64,000 nt of DNA from Octopus sinensis (lineage: Eukaryota), in the NCBI RefSeq assembly GCF_006345805.1, contig NC_042998.1, positions 194,804,001 through 194,868,000 on the forward strand, written 5' to 3'. Position 1 is the first letter of the stretch; each line of letters begins with the position of its first letter. Positions 13,654 through 26,479 of the stretch are shown piece after piece. The notes under the pieces are model-generated. The model did no database searches. It was not told where the DNA came from and was given only the letters and a program-made list of their open reading frames with translations. Made by a program: the position numbers and the translations under genes.

Positions 13654-15099
13654 ATTTGTTTTACTCAGTTCTCTGTAAGTAGGTTTATATTATATCTATA
13701 TAGTGTTATTGTTGATTCTTAAGTAACCACTAGCATTTGTAATTTTTAATTTTGAATGAAGTCAAACGTAATTCAGTTGCGATAGTTGGCTGGTTATTGT
13801 GAGTTAGTATTGATTCCTTGTTGCGAGGAAGCATTGTCTCATTGTCATGAACAAGTATTATTAGTTTGGCTTTATTTTAGGATTATAGCATTTTTGTAGA
13901 GTACATTGATTGTAGCAATATCTTATTTTTCTCTGAGTTTAATGTGAAATTCAAAAGGAATATAAAAATGTTAAACTTAAATATAAGTTTAGGATTTTCT
14001 ACTTTAAGATAATATATGAATATAATTGTTCATCTGGGTATTATTGTTTTCTAGTAATTAAGCCTAGCAAGGATTTGTTTTTACTTAAAAATGCAAATAG
14101 TATCTGCATTAATATTATATATTGCTCTCTTTTACACAATATTTACTTTTGTGTTTTGTCTTTCCATTAGTGTTTACTTAACCTTTTTAACCTGTTATGA
14201 ATATTAGACATGTTTTCCCATGTTCATTGTAGGACATTTTTATTGATTTTGTGTGTGTTTTGACATTTTTCTATTCTCCTCTATGGCATCTAGGGTCATA
14301 TTTAGGTTAGGGGTGTAGAGGAAAACAAGTTAGGGGTTTAGGAGAAACAATGATTAAGTTGCTTAGAAAGTATTTTTGTGTAGTAATATATTAAGCTGAA
14401 TATAAGCCATTGATATGTTTTCAATATTGACTGGCAAGCAAGTTATTGCTATCATCTGAACAACAATACTGGTGCAGAGTAGAATAGTCTTTGATACTAC
14501 ATTTTCTACATGGATTGATATGTGAATTACGTTGTGTAATCTATCAGTGTGGTAAATGTATTGGTCCAAAATGCTGGTCAGAAGTCTGAATATAAAGATG
14601 AAATTTAGTATTTTTTTTAATAGTATACTTTTATATAATGATAAACACTAATTAGCTACTTGATATTTGCAAGTAGCTAAGTGAATTTATATCATGGTTT
14701 ATGAATGATGAAATAATCTATTTTATAAATGTTTCACAATTTCAACTGACATGTATGGTTCTATGTACATTTATAGATTTATGGAATTGCCATCTAATAA
14801 AAGGGATTCAAATTGTTGCTTTGTATGGCAGTGTACTCATGTTGGACATTTAGTAGTATCATACAAACATGCTAGCAGCAATAAAATGCTGTTGACAAGA
14901 TTTTATTTCATTTGTAAAATGTCTGCTGAAGAAAATGAAAGGCTATTTGGGAAAATATTCAAGATCATCTTCAGTTTTGCAGGAATTTTACAAATTAGAC
15001 TAAGATCTAGTTTAAAGTTCTGATCAGGATGAGATATCCATATCCATTTAACAAGTTTTATTACACACATGTGAGTGAGAACACTTTGAGATATTTTTG

Positions 15100-15626
15100 G
15101 TATCTAACATATGTCAGATACTGCGAGCGCTGCTTCTGATTGGTCAATCCATGGTGATGACCCGAGGTCACGGTGACGGCACTACTTTTGTCATTCATAA
15201 GTTACAACTAAACTTCATCTGTGTTATGTATTTCTTGAACGTGAACTTGAATGTTAACAAAATGTTAAACAGTCATCAGTTATCAGTCATTTCACCTGAA
15301 AACTTAGCGCTATAAAGTCGGACTATCTTCCTGCGGCATGACATCTTTTACAGTTACACATTGTAACGTCACTGACGTGAAATCAAGCTGTATTCATGCG
15401 CGCTTCAACACGATGTGAAGAATTTAGTTATTGGGTTAATAAAATATGGTCATTCGTGTGTAATAAATAAAATACCAAACTCATTCCCTATGGATACCGT
15501 ATTTATTACAACTCGTGGCTTGTAAACGTATCTAACTCGCTTTCGCTCGTTAGATACGTTTACAAGCCACTCGTAATAAATACGGTATCCATAGGGAACT
15601 TGTTTGGTATTCTCTATGTATCTAAC
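15100..15626 (+). mobile_element. Non-autonomous Crypton-like (tyrosine-recombinase type) element with a long subterminal hairpin
   Basis: CpG-rich insert; ttctgattggtc near the 5' end; long inverted repeat 15471-15611 with loop tcgctttcgctc; gtatctaac direct repeat at both ends. Family assignment is by recalled resemblance only. Confidence 0.55.
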
Positions 15627-17571
15627 GCTACACAGCTGTTGAGTTGCTTGTTTGAATCAGGTCAAATGTGTAGCTGAACAGATTCATCTTAACAGTATTG
15701 CTACTCTCTGAACCTTCCTTCATCACTGTTAAATTAAGTCCATTTTCTTCTGGACTGTTAAAAACTAAACAATCCAATAACTTAATAATTTATTCAAAAA
15801 TATTAATATTATTAATAGGTAACATGTATACTAAGTTGTTTGTTCATCTGCCTAACAACTTCAGCTTTTCTTATTTGGAATTACTTAGTCTATCAACTAT
15901 CTGATCAAATGGAACTCTTTTGGTCATGGGGCTGTGGAAATTTGCTTTTGTTTTCTGTTGTCTTCCACAGATGGATACGATACTTAATGAAGATTTGATA
16001 TGTATTACCTTATTTAACTATTAAGTGTTGACTTAACTGAAAATAATAGAATATTTGCAGTAGATATAAACGCTTGTCTGGGAATTGGTTGTGTGGTTCA
16101 GTACTTTGTTCATTTAGTTATCTTACCTCATGAAATGAATTAGTAATATCATTCTTCAATTGGCTAATTTGTATTCAATTTTTAATAGTGTTCTTGAGTA
16201 TTTTTATAACTTGGTTGGTAATTAGTCTGAGAGAAAAGATTTTAAGACTAGCACCCTCCATTTGTGACTCAATGTGATATATTTGTACATAATCAGAAAA
16301 ATTAGGGAAAAAAGCAAATAATATGCTTTGAATGATGTTGCAAATAAATACAAGGAACTCAGCTGTTATAATTTATAGATGAATTGTTATTCATGTGAAT
16401 AATGTCTGCTTCTAATCTAGATAAGAACACTGACTATAGAGCTGAATGTCAAACACTGATATAACTTAAAGGAAAATATGCCAGTTATTAGGAGTGAGAG
16501 AGATAGGCAAAGATGTTTAAAAAGATCCTTGGCATGGAGATTTAAAAAGAGAATTGAAGAGCCTGTTGGTGCTGCTGAAGTTGTAGCATTTGACACAGTC
16601 TGTATTTGTTGAGCCATCTATTATCTGAAAAACTAAGTTTGGCTGTAAAATGCTTGCTTAGAAAAATTTGGAATGGCTTCTTAAAGTATGCTTGTATTTC
16701 CATTAGAATATCAAAACTATAGATTTCAGATTTGTACAAAATGGTAGATTTAATCCATGCCTTCACTAGCCTTGAATGCCTTTAGTTCTTGCAACCATTC
16801 AAGTCCTGTTTCTGGTTTGAGGATGAATTCCACTTTTCTCCCAGCAGACATGGACATCCTACAAAAGGCCCTGGGTGCTGCTCCTGCTGTTCTAAGTTGT
16901 AAAAAATGTAATTGAAACAGCTTTGAAGAATAAATTTGCAAATGTGTCTTCAACATAGAAATAGACTAGAGTGTGTAATGTCAAAACATATTTTCACTAA
17001 TGGAATAATTTGTTTCCCTAATTGGGGGTAACAATACTGTCTACAAAGAATTTTGAAAAGATAATTACTCAGCTTTAAGAGCTCTTGAAATATGGAGGAG
17101 AATGTAATGCCAGTAATAGAGAGGAAGGCTTAACCTTTCAAAAGCTTCCATTTTATCTTGAACAATCACAAATGAAATCACACAACTCATATATTTAAGA
17201 AAAAAATGTAATGGTTGGGTATTGCTGATGTCTCCAGGAAATGGTTTTCCCTTTTATTTTCACCTATCAACATTGTTATTGTACAGAAATAAGAATAATT
17301 CTGGTGGATTCCTAAAAGATGAAAGACAAAGTCAGTCTTAGTAGGATTTGAACATGGAATGAAAAGAGACATTACTAAATACTGCAAGGCATTTTATCAT
17401 TTGCTCTTTCGATGTCTGCTACAAACTTTCCTAATAAGAAGCTGCTTATAGCGTTGCAGAACAAGATTTGTATAATCTGATTAAGAGTTAATTAAAAGAA
17501 ACTTCTACTTCCAATAGATTTCCAGTTTTGAATTTTTACTATCACAAACAATTTTAATTCCAGTTTTCTCT

Positions 17572-17586
17572 TTCTCTCTCCCTCTT

Positions 17587-17622
<36 letters not shown>
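17572..17622. repeat. (CT)n microsatellite
   Basis: Direct inspection. Confidence 0.9.
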
Positions 17623-17626
<4 letters not shown>

Positions 17627-18514
17627 GCTCACTCTATCACTGTGAGTGTGTGCTTTAAATTTGAATAGTTGTTTTGACTATAAATGTCTGAACTAAAAAT
17701 GTAAAAGAAACAGTAAAATAATCTCTTGAAATATTTTTTATTGTATTTTCTTTAATTTCAGTGGTCTTCTTGAACAACTTGAAAAAAAAAAAAAAAAAAA
17801 GAGCAGAGAAAGGTTGGTATTAAACACAATTTTTTTTTTCCACATAAAATTCTAGTTTTAATAGTGTTGTGAATGAATACCCTTCAAATAAAAAAAATTA
17901 TTTAAAAAAAGCTGCTAAAATACCCAGTTACTGATTTGAATAGGAAGCAGTTAATATTCTGTTAAGGTAAAAAAAAAACCTGTCTTATGAGTAATTTCAG
18001 TCTTGGGTTAGTGGTTCATACGAGGTAGTCATATGATGTCTGTTATTAAATAATTTATTTCTGCAGTGTAGAGTTCAACACTAGGGATTGACTTCTGTTG
18101 ATATTTGATTTTTTAAAAAAAATTTGACTGAAATACTGAAAATATGTAACACTCTCTTCAAATAAATTCATTCATATGTTATTAAATAGAATTTCACAAG
18201 GGAACGTTTTGAATTTCTATTTAATAAATTTAATTCAATTCCTATAATGTATTTTGTATTTTAACTTCAGCATATTCTGGTGTTCACTATTACTGACTTT
18301 CATTCACATAAGATTTTCGTCATCAGACATTGTTATAAATCTGCTTTGATTTTGCTTAGTCTTTTTGAGTTATTTTTTGTTTCAGTTAATTGTTGCACAT
18401 GTTTTGACGGGACAAGCAATATGTGCGCAGTTCACTTATATCCCGATGCTATTCTGCATCTCTGCTGCAATTCTATTGATTTCATGTTGATTGCTTTGTC
18501 TGAATCATAGCATC

Positions 18515-18679
18515 TACACACACACATACATACACACACACATTGTGTATAGATGTATATGTGTGTTTGTACAAGTATATATGTGTATATACACACACAC
18601 ATATGCACAAGTGTGTGTGCATGTGTGTGTGTGTGTGTGTGTTTGTACATGTATATGTGTACACACACACTCACACATA
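18515..18679. repeat. Mixed (CA)n/(TG)n low-complexity tract
   Basis: Direct inspection. Confidence 0.9.
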
Positions 18680-20371
18680 CTTGATTGTGTTGCCTTCCCT
18701 ATAAGCCATTACCTGGATTTTTTAATTTAGCTATTCCTGATTGTTGGCATTTCTGCGTACAGGTTATTTTGAAGCCTCTCTGCTATATAAATTCAGGCTT
18801 TGTGTTTGAATATTTTACTGTTTTCTCCTCCATGTACTATTAGCATTGACAGAGTTGCTTGCAATCATAGTAGCAGTAGCCATTTGTGAATCTACTTGTC
18901 GCTATGCAACTGATGACGTTGTTATTGGCTGCTGCTGTATTGATCAATCATTACTAGGTTCGGTGTGATGAGCTGTGCAGCTTGGCAGCAAGCTGCTGAC
19001 ACTTTTCCTTATAGATATATTTTCTTTATAATCAGCTGCCCATGTTTAAATGCCCTTTCCTTAATCAGTACCCTGATGTATTTGCCCTGTTAATAATTAG
19101 CCTCATTTTGGCCTATCTGATTTACTACGGTTTATATTGTCTTTTTCTTTACTTATTAACTGTCAAGAAAGAAGGTAGGTTGCTTTTCATGCATTTATCT
19201 ATATCAACTTGTAAACACTGTTGCTAATTGCATTTGTACTATAATTTCCAGTGGTTGTTGAGAATTTTACCGTTGCACTATAGACACATGCCAACACATT
19301 CACACACTTACATCTGCATAACACACCTGCACACACCTCATCTGAATTGTTAAATATATTCTCTAGGCAGACTAGCCTCTTTCATCGTGACCATTTTCCA
19401 CTGAAGAATTGAATGACTGTGGAAACTTTTTTATGCAACCACTCTCGTTGTTTTAGCAAGCTGATAAATATTTTTGGATTACGCCTGTTTCATCAAGACC
19501 ATAGCTATTTTTATTGTTATTATTATTATTATTGTTGTTATGATGGACTTTCAAGGTGACTTTTTCTTCAGACAAATCTATTCCAAGTGATGGAATTTGT
19601 TCTGTTTAAACTGCTGATGTAATCTTATAATGGTTATAAATTTATTTTTTAACACTTTCTTAACTTATGGTTATCATTCTAAGGCAATTTTATCTAACCA
19701 TTAAAAGAAGTGAACTTAGAATTGTAAATATACCATATCTCTATTTTCTCATGAAATCTCTTGTAAATTCATACTATTTAGAAATCACTATAGAAATTTA
19801 TTTTGATTTTTTTTTTTCAGTATGTATTTTTCATAATTCTACTGTAAGTTAATTCTATAAGTATGATGTTAGATTCCATTGCTCTCAATGGATTCATCAC
19901 TTGTCTACCCACTACGTAGCTATTTATTTCTGTCTCTTGCTTGATTTGTAAGGCAGAAACTCGAGTAATTAATCAGATACAATTTCTTTTCTTTGTATTC
20001 TTGATTATGCATTTAAAAATTTTTATGCACATAGATACACACACATAAATACACTTGCAAACATACATGAACCACATCCAATCGCACATAGAAACATACA
20101 TATATACATAGCAAACTATTTTTATCTTTTGCAGCAGACAGACAATAAGCTATGACTTCATGTTATTCATATTCATTATAATGCAACATAAAATTATTTT
20201 CTCTTTCTCATATATATATATATATGAGAAAGAGAAAATAATTATATATATATATATATATGCATACAATTAATCAGTTACTTCAATAGGATTGTTTATA
20301 ACTTTAAATTATCTTGATACATCTTATTGAATTTGATAAAATGTATTCTTTAAAACCATTTGTCCAACTGT

Positions 20372-20592
20372 TTAACTTTTTTGTGACTGTATTTCTTTTT
20401 GAAATACATTGCTTTGGTTTCAGTTTTTGGAAGTAATGAAGAATTTTGTAAAATAACTTTGTCGTTATTAAGCTGGTGTTTGAACATAAATTAAGATGGA
20501 ATTCTGATGAAAGATGTTAAGTTGCTTTAAAACAGAAAGTTTGTATTAAAAAACCAAAGGTGGTCTCAACTAGGTTGTTATCAAAGGGGTTA
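20372..20592. mobile_element. Degenerate piggyBac-type MITE
   Basis: Ends ttaacttttttgtgactgtatttc...tatcaaaggggtta resemble the termini of 51742-52818. Confidence 0.5.
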
Positions 20593-21936
20593 TTTTAGGG
20601 ATAGATAAATAACTTTGTGTACATGAGTAAATATTTACAACTGCTGTGTAATTGCTTGAATTCAGGTAGAAAGTTACTTTGCACATTTGAGATAAAGATC
20701 TTTATTAAACTCACTCACCATCTAGTTTCTTGTGATGAATGGTTTGTTTAAATTACATGAATTTAAAAGTGAGTTAGTAAAGCTTAAATTAGCTTTTAAC
20801 TATTATTTGAATACTACCAGTAACTGCCAAAATAATTTAGTACTTAATTTTCTTGAAAGGTTCTGACTTCACTGTATACTGATTGTATATCTAATTGGCA
20901 TTGAATCTCCTCATACAATTAATGTTAAGTATTGTATTTTACTATAACCTCTTGGATTGGCCAAAGCTTTGTGAATGGATGTGGTAGATGGAAAATGAAA
21001 GAAATCCATCATGTGTATGTGTTTGTCTCTATACTCTGATACTTGTAAATGAGTGTCTGTCATTTTTCAATCTTACATGTAAACACACCTAACAGGGAAA
21101 TATTAGCTTGCTTGGAAACTGGAATGGTTAGGTTGGTGAAAGGAAGGGCAAGTGTGGAAAAGTGTAAGCTAAAATGATAACCTGCAGTTTATTATTGTCC
21201 CTGCAAAAGATAAAAATAGCATCTTTTGGATGTGTTTCTTGTATTTTCTGAAAATGCATAAACAGACAAGAATGGTGTGTGTGCATATATGAATACCTGT
21301 AGTATGAATTTGAGGCAATATTAAATTAAAATAGCCATCTATGTATCATACATAATGTACATATACTGTTGATAGTCTAGTTACAGCAGTATTTATCCTG
21401 AGATAACATCTCTTATGGATTTGCAGTCTTAAAAGCACAATACATATCAGAGAAAAATTATTTGAGCATGTGGTTGGCTGCAAGTATGTGTCATTGAAAA
21501 GGCCTAAAAAGGCTTAAATGCATCTGACTCTCTTGCTGGCCACTACTGGGATGAATTTTATCTCTCCTTGATATTTATTGTACAGTAACTAGCCTATTGA
21601 CAATGTATATACATTAAGTATGATACATAGATGACTATTTTAATTAAACACTATTTCAATTGTGTATACTGGATTTTTAATCAGTGGGCTGCTTTTTGCA
21701 ACATAACTGAATGTTTTATTCACTTTTTCATGCATCAGAGATGGGGAATTCTATGAGTGCTTGAATATCCCAAAAGGCTGAAATGCATCTGCCACTTTCA
21801 CTGGCTGTTGCTGGGATAAATTTTCATCTCTCTCTGGTATTTATTGTTTTTAACACAGTAAATCCATAGGAAATATCTCAGGTCAGCTATTACAGTAACT
21901 GGTCTATTGACAGTGTATATACATTAAGATACATAG

Positions 21937-21937
<1 letters not shown>

Positions 21938-21999
<62 letters not shown>
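21938..21999. repeat. (AT)n microsatellite
   Basis: Direct inspection. Confidence 0.95.
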
Positions 22000-22000
<1 letters not shown>

Positions 22001-22605
22001 CATTTATGTCAAACCATTATCTAACATTTATTTCTAAGCAAAGACTACCTTGTGCTCCAGTATCTGCTTTAGCATGGTTTCTATGGCACCTTTGTAATGC
22101 CAATCACTATACAGCATGTACTAGGTACTTTTTCTGTGGCACCAATATTAGTAAGGTTGGCACTGCAAGATGATCCTCTTCAACTAAGTGAGGTTACATT
22201 TGGTGAGAGAGTATGGGTCAAAATGGAACTTTTTTTCGCTGTAGGGAGATCTACACAGCTATTCATTATAGAAGAGAGGGGTAGGTCAGGGTGACACTAG
22301 AAAGATAAAAGTAATGGTGATTGAAGTGCCAGGTGGCCCCACAAGATAGGTGGGTAGATGTGAGTGGGAACACGAGAAAAAGAGGTTGCAAATGTGTATT
22401 GGAAATTGAGAGATGATTAGAGATAGGGAATGGGTGAGAGGGTGAATGTTATGAGCAAATGTTGTGGAGGAGTTAGAGAAGGAAGAGTAGGTAACAACAG
22501 CAGAAATTGAGTAGGGCTGGGGCAACCAATGATACATGAGTTAGAGGGAGGTAGAGGAGAGACCACTGATAATGTAGAAAAAGTGAGGTAGAGAATAGCA
22601 GCAGT

Positions 22606-22768
22606 CATCATCACCATTTAACATCCATTTTCTGTGTTGGCATGGGTTGGATGGTTTGACAGGAGCTAGTGAGCTGCACCTACCTCCAGTGTCTGCTTTG
22701 GCATGGTTTCTATGGCTGGATGCTCTTCCTAATGCCAGCCACTTTACAGTGTGTACTAGGTGCTTTAT
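22606..22768 (-). mobile_element. Degenerate retroposon 3' tail copy
   Basis: catcatcacc..ggcatgggttggatggtttgac..gctggatgctcttcctaatgcc. Confidence 0.75.
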
Positions 22769-23284
22769 TTAATGAAATAGTAGACAGGCAAAAGTGAGAA
22801 TAGGTGAAAGGTAGAGCGAGGGGAAATGCCGTGGTTAGGTGGGTTGTAAGAATGTGGGGCAGATGAAGTGAATGGGGGTGGAGTGACATGATGAAGAGAT
22901 TGATGTAAAATATAGGTGATGAGGACAGTACTACAAATGAAAGATGGAGATCAGGGAAATGGTTTTGAGTGCTTAGAGGGCTGGGGTATGTGGTATCAAG
23001 GGAAAAGCTCAAGTATGCAGTTCTGCTCACATTAAATTACAGTAACAGAATAGTGCAGTTAGTGATCATGGGTGGTAGGAATGACTTCAGGAAGGGAATT
23101 AGGGCGTAGGTTGGAGGGCAGTTGTGTGTGTGGAAAATCTATTTACATACATTTCTGCCTTTATCAATCAAGCAGGAGATATAGAATAGTGGAAAGTTAA
23201 TAGCACCAAGCTGGTTTATTTCAGAAGGCCTGCTAGATATATGGGCCTGCTCCTTCCTGTAGGTTAAAAAAAATGTATGTAAAG

Positions 23285-23539
23285 TTCTGTTGTGTCTGGG
23301 GAGAGTCATTCTCTTTTAGTGCCTTATTATTTAACACACTCACTGGTAAAATTTCTACTTATTTCTTATTTTTATATTCTAAAATTTTCTAAAATTAGAG
23401 AGTCAAAACTATTGAAAAGGTTGCAAGATGCAACGAAAATTTTAGAATGTAAAAATAAGAAATAAGTGGAAATTTTACCGGTGAGTGTGTTAAATTATAA
23501 GGCACAAAAAGAAAATGACTCTCCCCAGACACAACAGAA
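23285..23539. repeat. 105-bp inverted repeat, probably Penelope pseudo-LTR derived, containing a hammerhead-like motif
   Basis: Arms 23285-23389 and 23435-23539 are near-perfect reverse complements. Confidence 0.85.
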
Positions 23540-24167
23540 TATGCTTCAACACACGAACTCATATAAAGAATCTTGCAAACCAAATCCAAAAATGAAATAT
23601 GTAAAGTTGTTCATGCAAAATGTATGCATCTCTCTGGTTCAAATACTTCTTGTTATAAAATGTGTATGCAGTGGTTTTGTATATAAGTGTGCAGAAACTT
23701 GAATTCAGTCTATTTTTTTACCACTACTTTAATTATTAACTAAAGTTTAGGAGTCTAATATATCCAACTTTTTGGCACTTGTATTGGCATATATGTAAGT
23801 TTGTGATTAGGATATAGCATTTGATTTATGTTCAACTGTTCTTTAATGGTTTGTATGATGAACATTAGAAAGGTGTGCATTTGATTTGCTAAGTGCAGTT
23901 ATGTTTGAATTGTGGATTTAAGATGGGGGGAAACAAATGTTAGTCTATTAGTTAGCCAATGGATGATCATAATAACCACTGCTAATGAAAGTTTATATCA
24001 TTTAACTTATAGGATATAAAAATTTTAAAAAACAGCAAATATGAATATAAATATTTAAGATACACCACTACATACCCCTATAAACCTACCCACATGAAGA
24101 AATACCTATACTAAATACCAATTACTCTCAAAACAAGTCTGTCCTTGGTTTTAATTGAATAATACAG

Positions 24168-24565
24168 CACCATCTGAGCAGGATCACTGCCGGAGCAGCT
24201 GTCTGGCTTCTGTGCCAGTAGCACATAAAAAGCACCATTTGAGCGTGATCGTTACCTGTGTTGCCTTACTGGCACATGAACAAAGCATTCAAGCGAGGCC
24301 AGTGCCGCTGGACTGATTCCTGTGCAGGTGGCACGTAAAAAACACCATTTGAGCGTGGCTGTTGCCAGTACCGCCAGACTGGCCCTCGTGCCGGTGGCAC
24401 GTAAAAGCACCCACTAAACTCTTTGAGTGGTTGGTGTTAGGAAGGACATCCAGCTGTAGAAACTCTGCCAGATCAGATTGGAGCCTGGTGTGGCCATCTG
24501 GTTCACCAGTCCTCAGTCAAATCGTCCAACCCATGCTAGCATGGAAAGCAGACATTAAATGATAA
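24168..24565 (+). mobile_element. Retroposon 3' tail copy with about 4 internal units
   Basis: Repeated ggcac(g/a)taaaaa(g/a)cacc units; ccaacccatgctagcatggaaag end. Confidence 0.85.
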
Positions 24566-26479
24566 TACATTTGTTGATTTTGCATATAGATTAGTCTATA
24601 TTTGTTGGAATAAAGTTATAGTATTTGTTTATTAAGAGGTTTGTTCATTTTTCAGAAGGATTCAGAATTATTTTCACTCTCAGTCACTGATTTTAAAATG
24701 TGTTCCTGATTCAGTTTTATAGAAGAGTAAATGTATTGTATTCTTTTGCAAACGAATAGTTAGAAATGTTGAAAGAGTTGTGGGTGTGGGTATTTAAGCT
24801 GTGGTAATTATTATAGAGTTGGCAATTTTCCCATTTTACATTGTAAAGTTATAAATTGTATGAGAACTGAATTGTTGTCAATGGAGTGTGTCAACACACT
24901 CCCACACACACACTCTCATGCACTATCTTTTTATTGACTGACATTATTTCAAGCTTCTATAACTATCAAAAAAGTGTGTCTAAACTGAACATTCCATTTT
25001 ACAAATATTTATGTAGTTGAATGAGTTGTTGGTTTGGTTAATGCATAAATTGAAGCATTTTATATATGGATTGTTTTCTATACTGAACTTGTAACTATGG
25101 AGTGGTGCTGGTGTTTGTAGTGGGATTACCTTAGGAAGTAGAATAATGTACATTATACTGTCAGTTATGTTGAGTTTGGCTGGAATGTTGTGGTTTAGTC
25201 CCCCTACCCTCCTACCTTCAGGCCTGCCATAATCATGCAGACGTAAGACTAAACCATCTGTGACCATCCTGACTTCTTGATATGTGCAGGGAGTCCAGAA
25301 CCCACATTATCAACTGCATTCTTTTCTAAGACAGTGAGGTATTATTTGAGACTTAGATGCTATTTCTAGCATGTCAAACAACCACGTAGAGGCTCCCTAG
25401 TTGGCTTTCTGATTTGAATGCATTTGTTAAACCTGATATTTCATCAACAGAAGAGGTTTTGGTTTTCTAATTGTTGTTTATTTGTAGAGTTTGCAAAAAT
25501 TCAATGTTCAAATGATTTCTTTAAAGAATCCTTTGTATAACTGACAATGTTCCTTCAACTCCACTACTCTTGTTATTTCTCCATGTCTTGAAAGATTAAT
25601 TCTTGATATTTGCTGCTTGCAAAACCTTGTGCAGCTTTAAAGGCTTCTGTGTAGAATATAGTGTAAATTTTGTTTTAAACAGAGAATGTTTAATTAGTCA
25701 GAGAAGCCTTTTAATGAAAATTGATGTCATCTGGTTAGTTCCTATCTAAACTAAATTCTTAGAGCTCACAGACAACAGATAGTATTGTATTCAATTGAAT
25801 TTTCTTTTTTTATTCTTTCTTCAATTAAACATCATTATAATTTTTTCTTTGCACCACTATTTCTCCATTTTTCCATCTGCTTTTCTATCAAGTAATACTT
25901 GAATTGATTTATTTAATGGTAACAACTTTTCAAATTGTTGAAGCATAATTTTTAGTTATGTAATATTTTTATAGTCATTATGATTTCGGTTACTAGGGTA
26001 AAATTAATGAAATGTGTTACCTGTTGGTTCAAAATCAAAATACAGTATACTAAAAGCAAATTGCAGTATCACTGGCAATCTTTGTAATTATGTCCTTATT
26101 CATTTATCCCATAGCTTAACTCTCATTTAGTGATTGGTTTGAATGTAGTTGGAAATATTTTTTAGTTTCAGTTGATAAATTATTGGTTCCTGGGTGGTGT
26201 AGTAGTTCTGAATAGGAAGGATCAAGCAACACTGCATGATTATGTTACTGGAGCATTAGACACAGCTGTTTAGTGGCATGAGACCATTTAACAAAAATGA
26301 TTGAAAAGACGATAAATAATTACCAATTCTTAGAACAAAAACTTTAGTTTATTTGTTCTTTTACATTGAGACATTTCTTTTGATAAGAGAATTTTTCTTT
26401 TTCAATTTTGTAGAAGCATATTATAAATTCTACTATTGAGACTGTAAATTTAGCAAATTGCTTATAACATTTAGCTTAT

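Noticed and set aside
22200-23130. Purine-rich tract with minus-strand ORFs
   Set aside because: Low-complexity GA-rich sequence with no recognisable protein motif.
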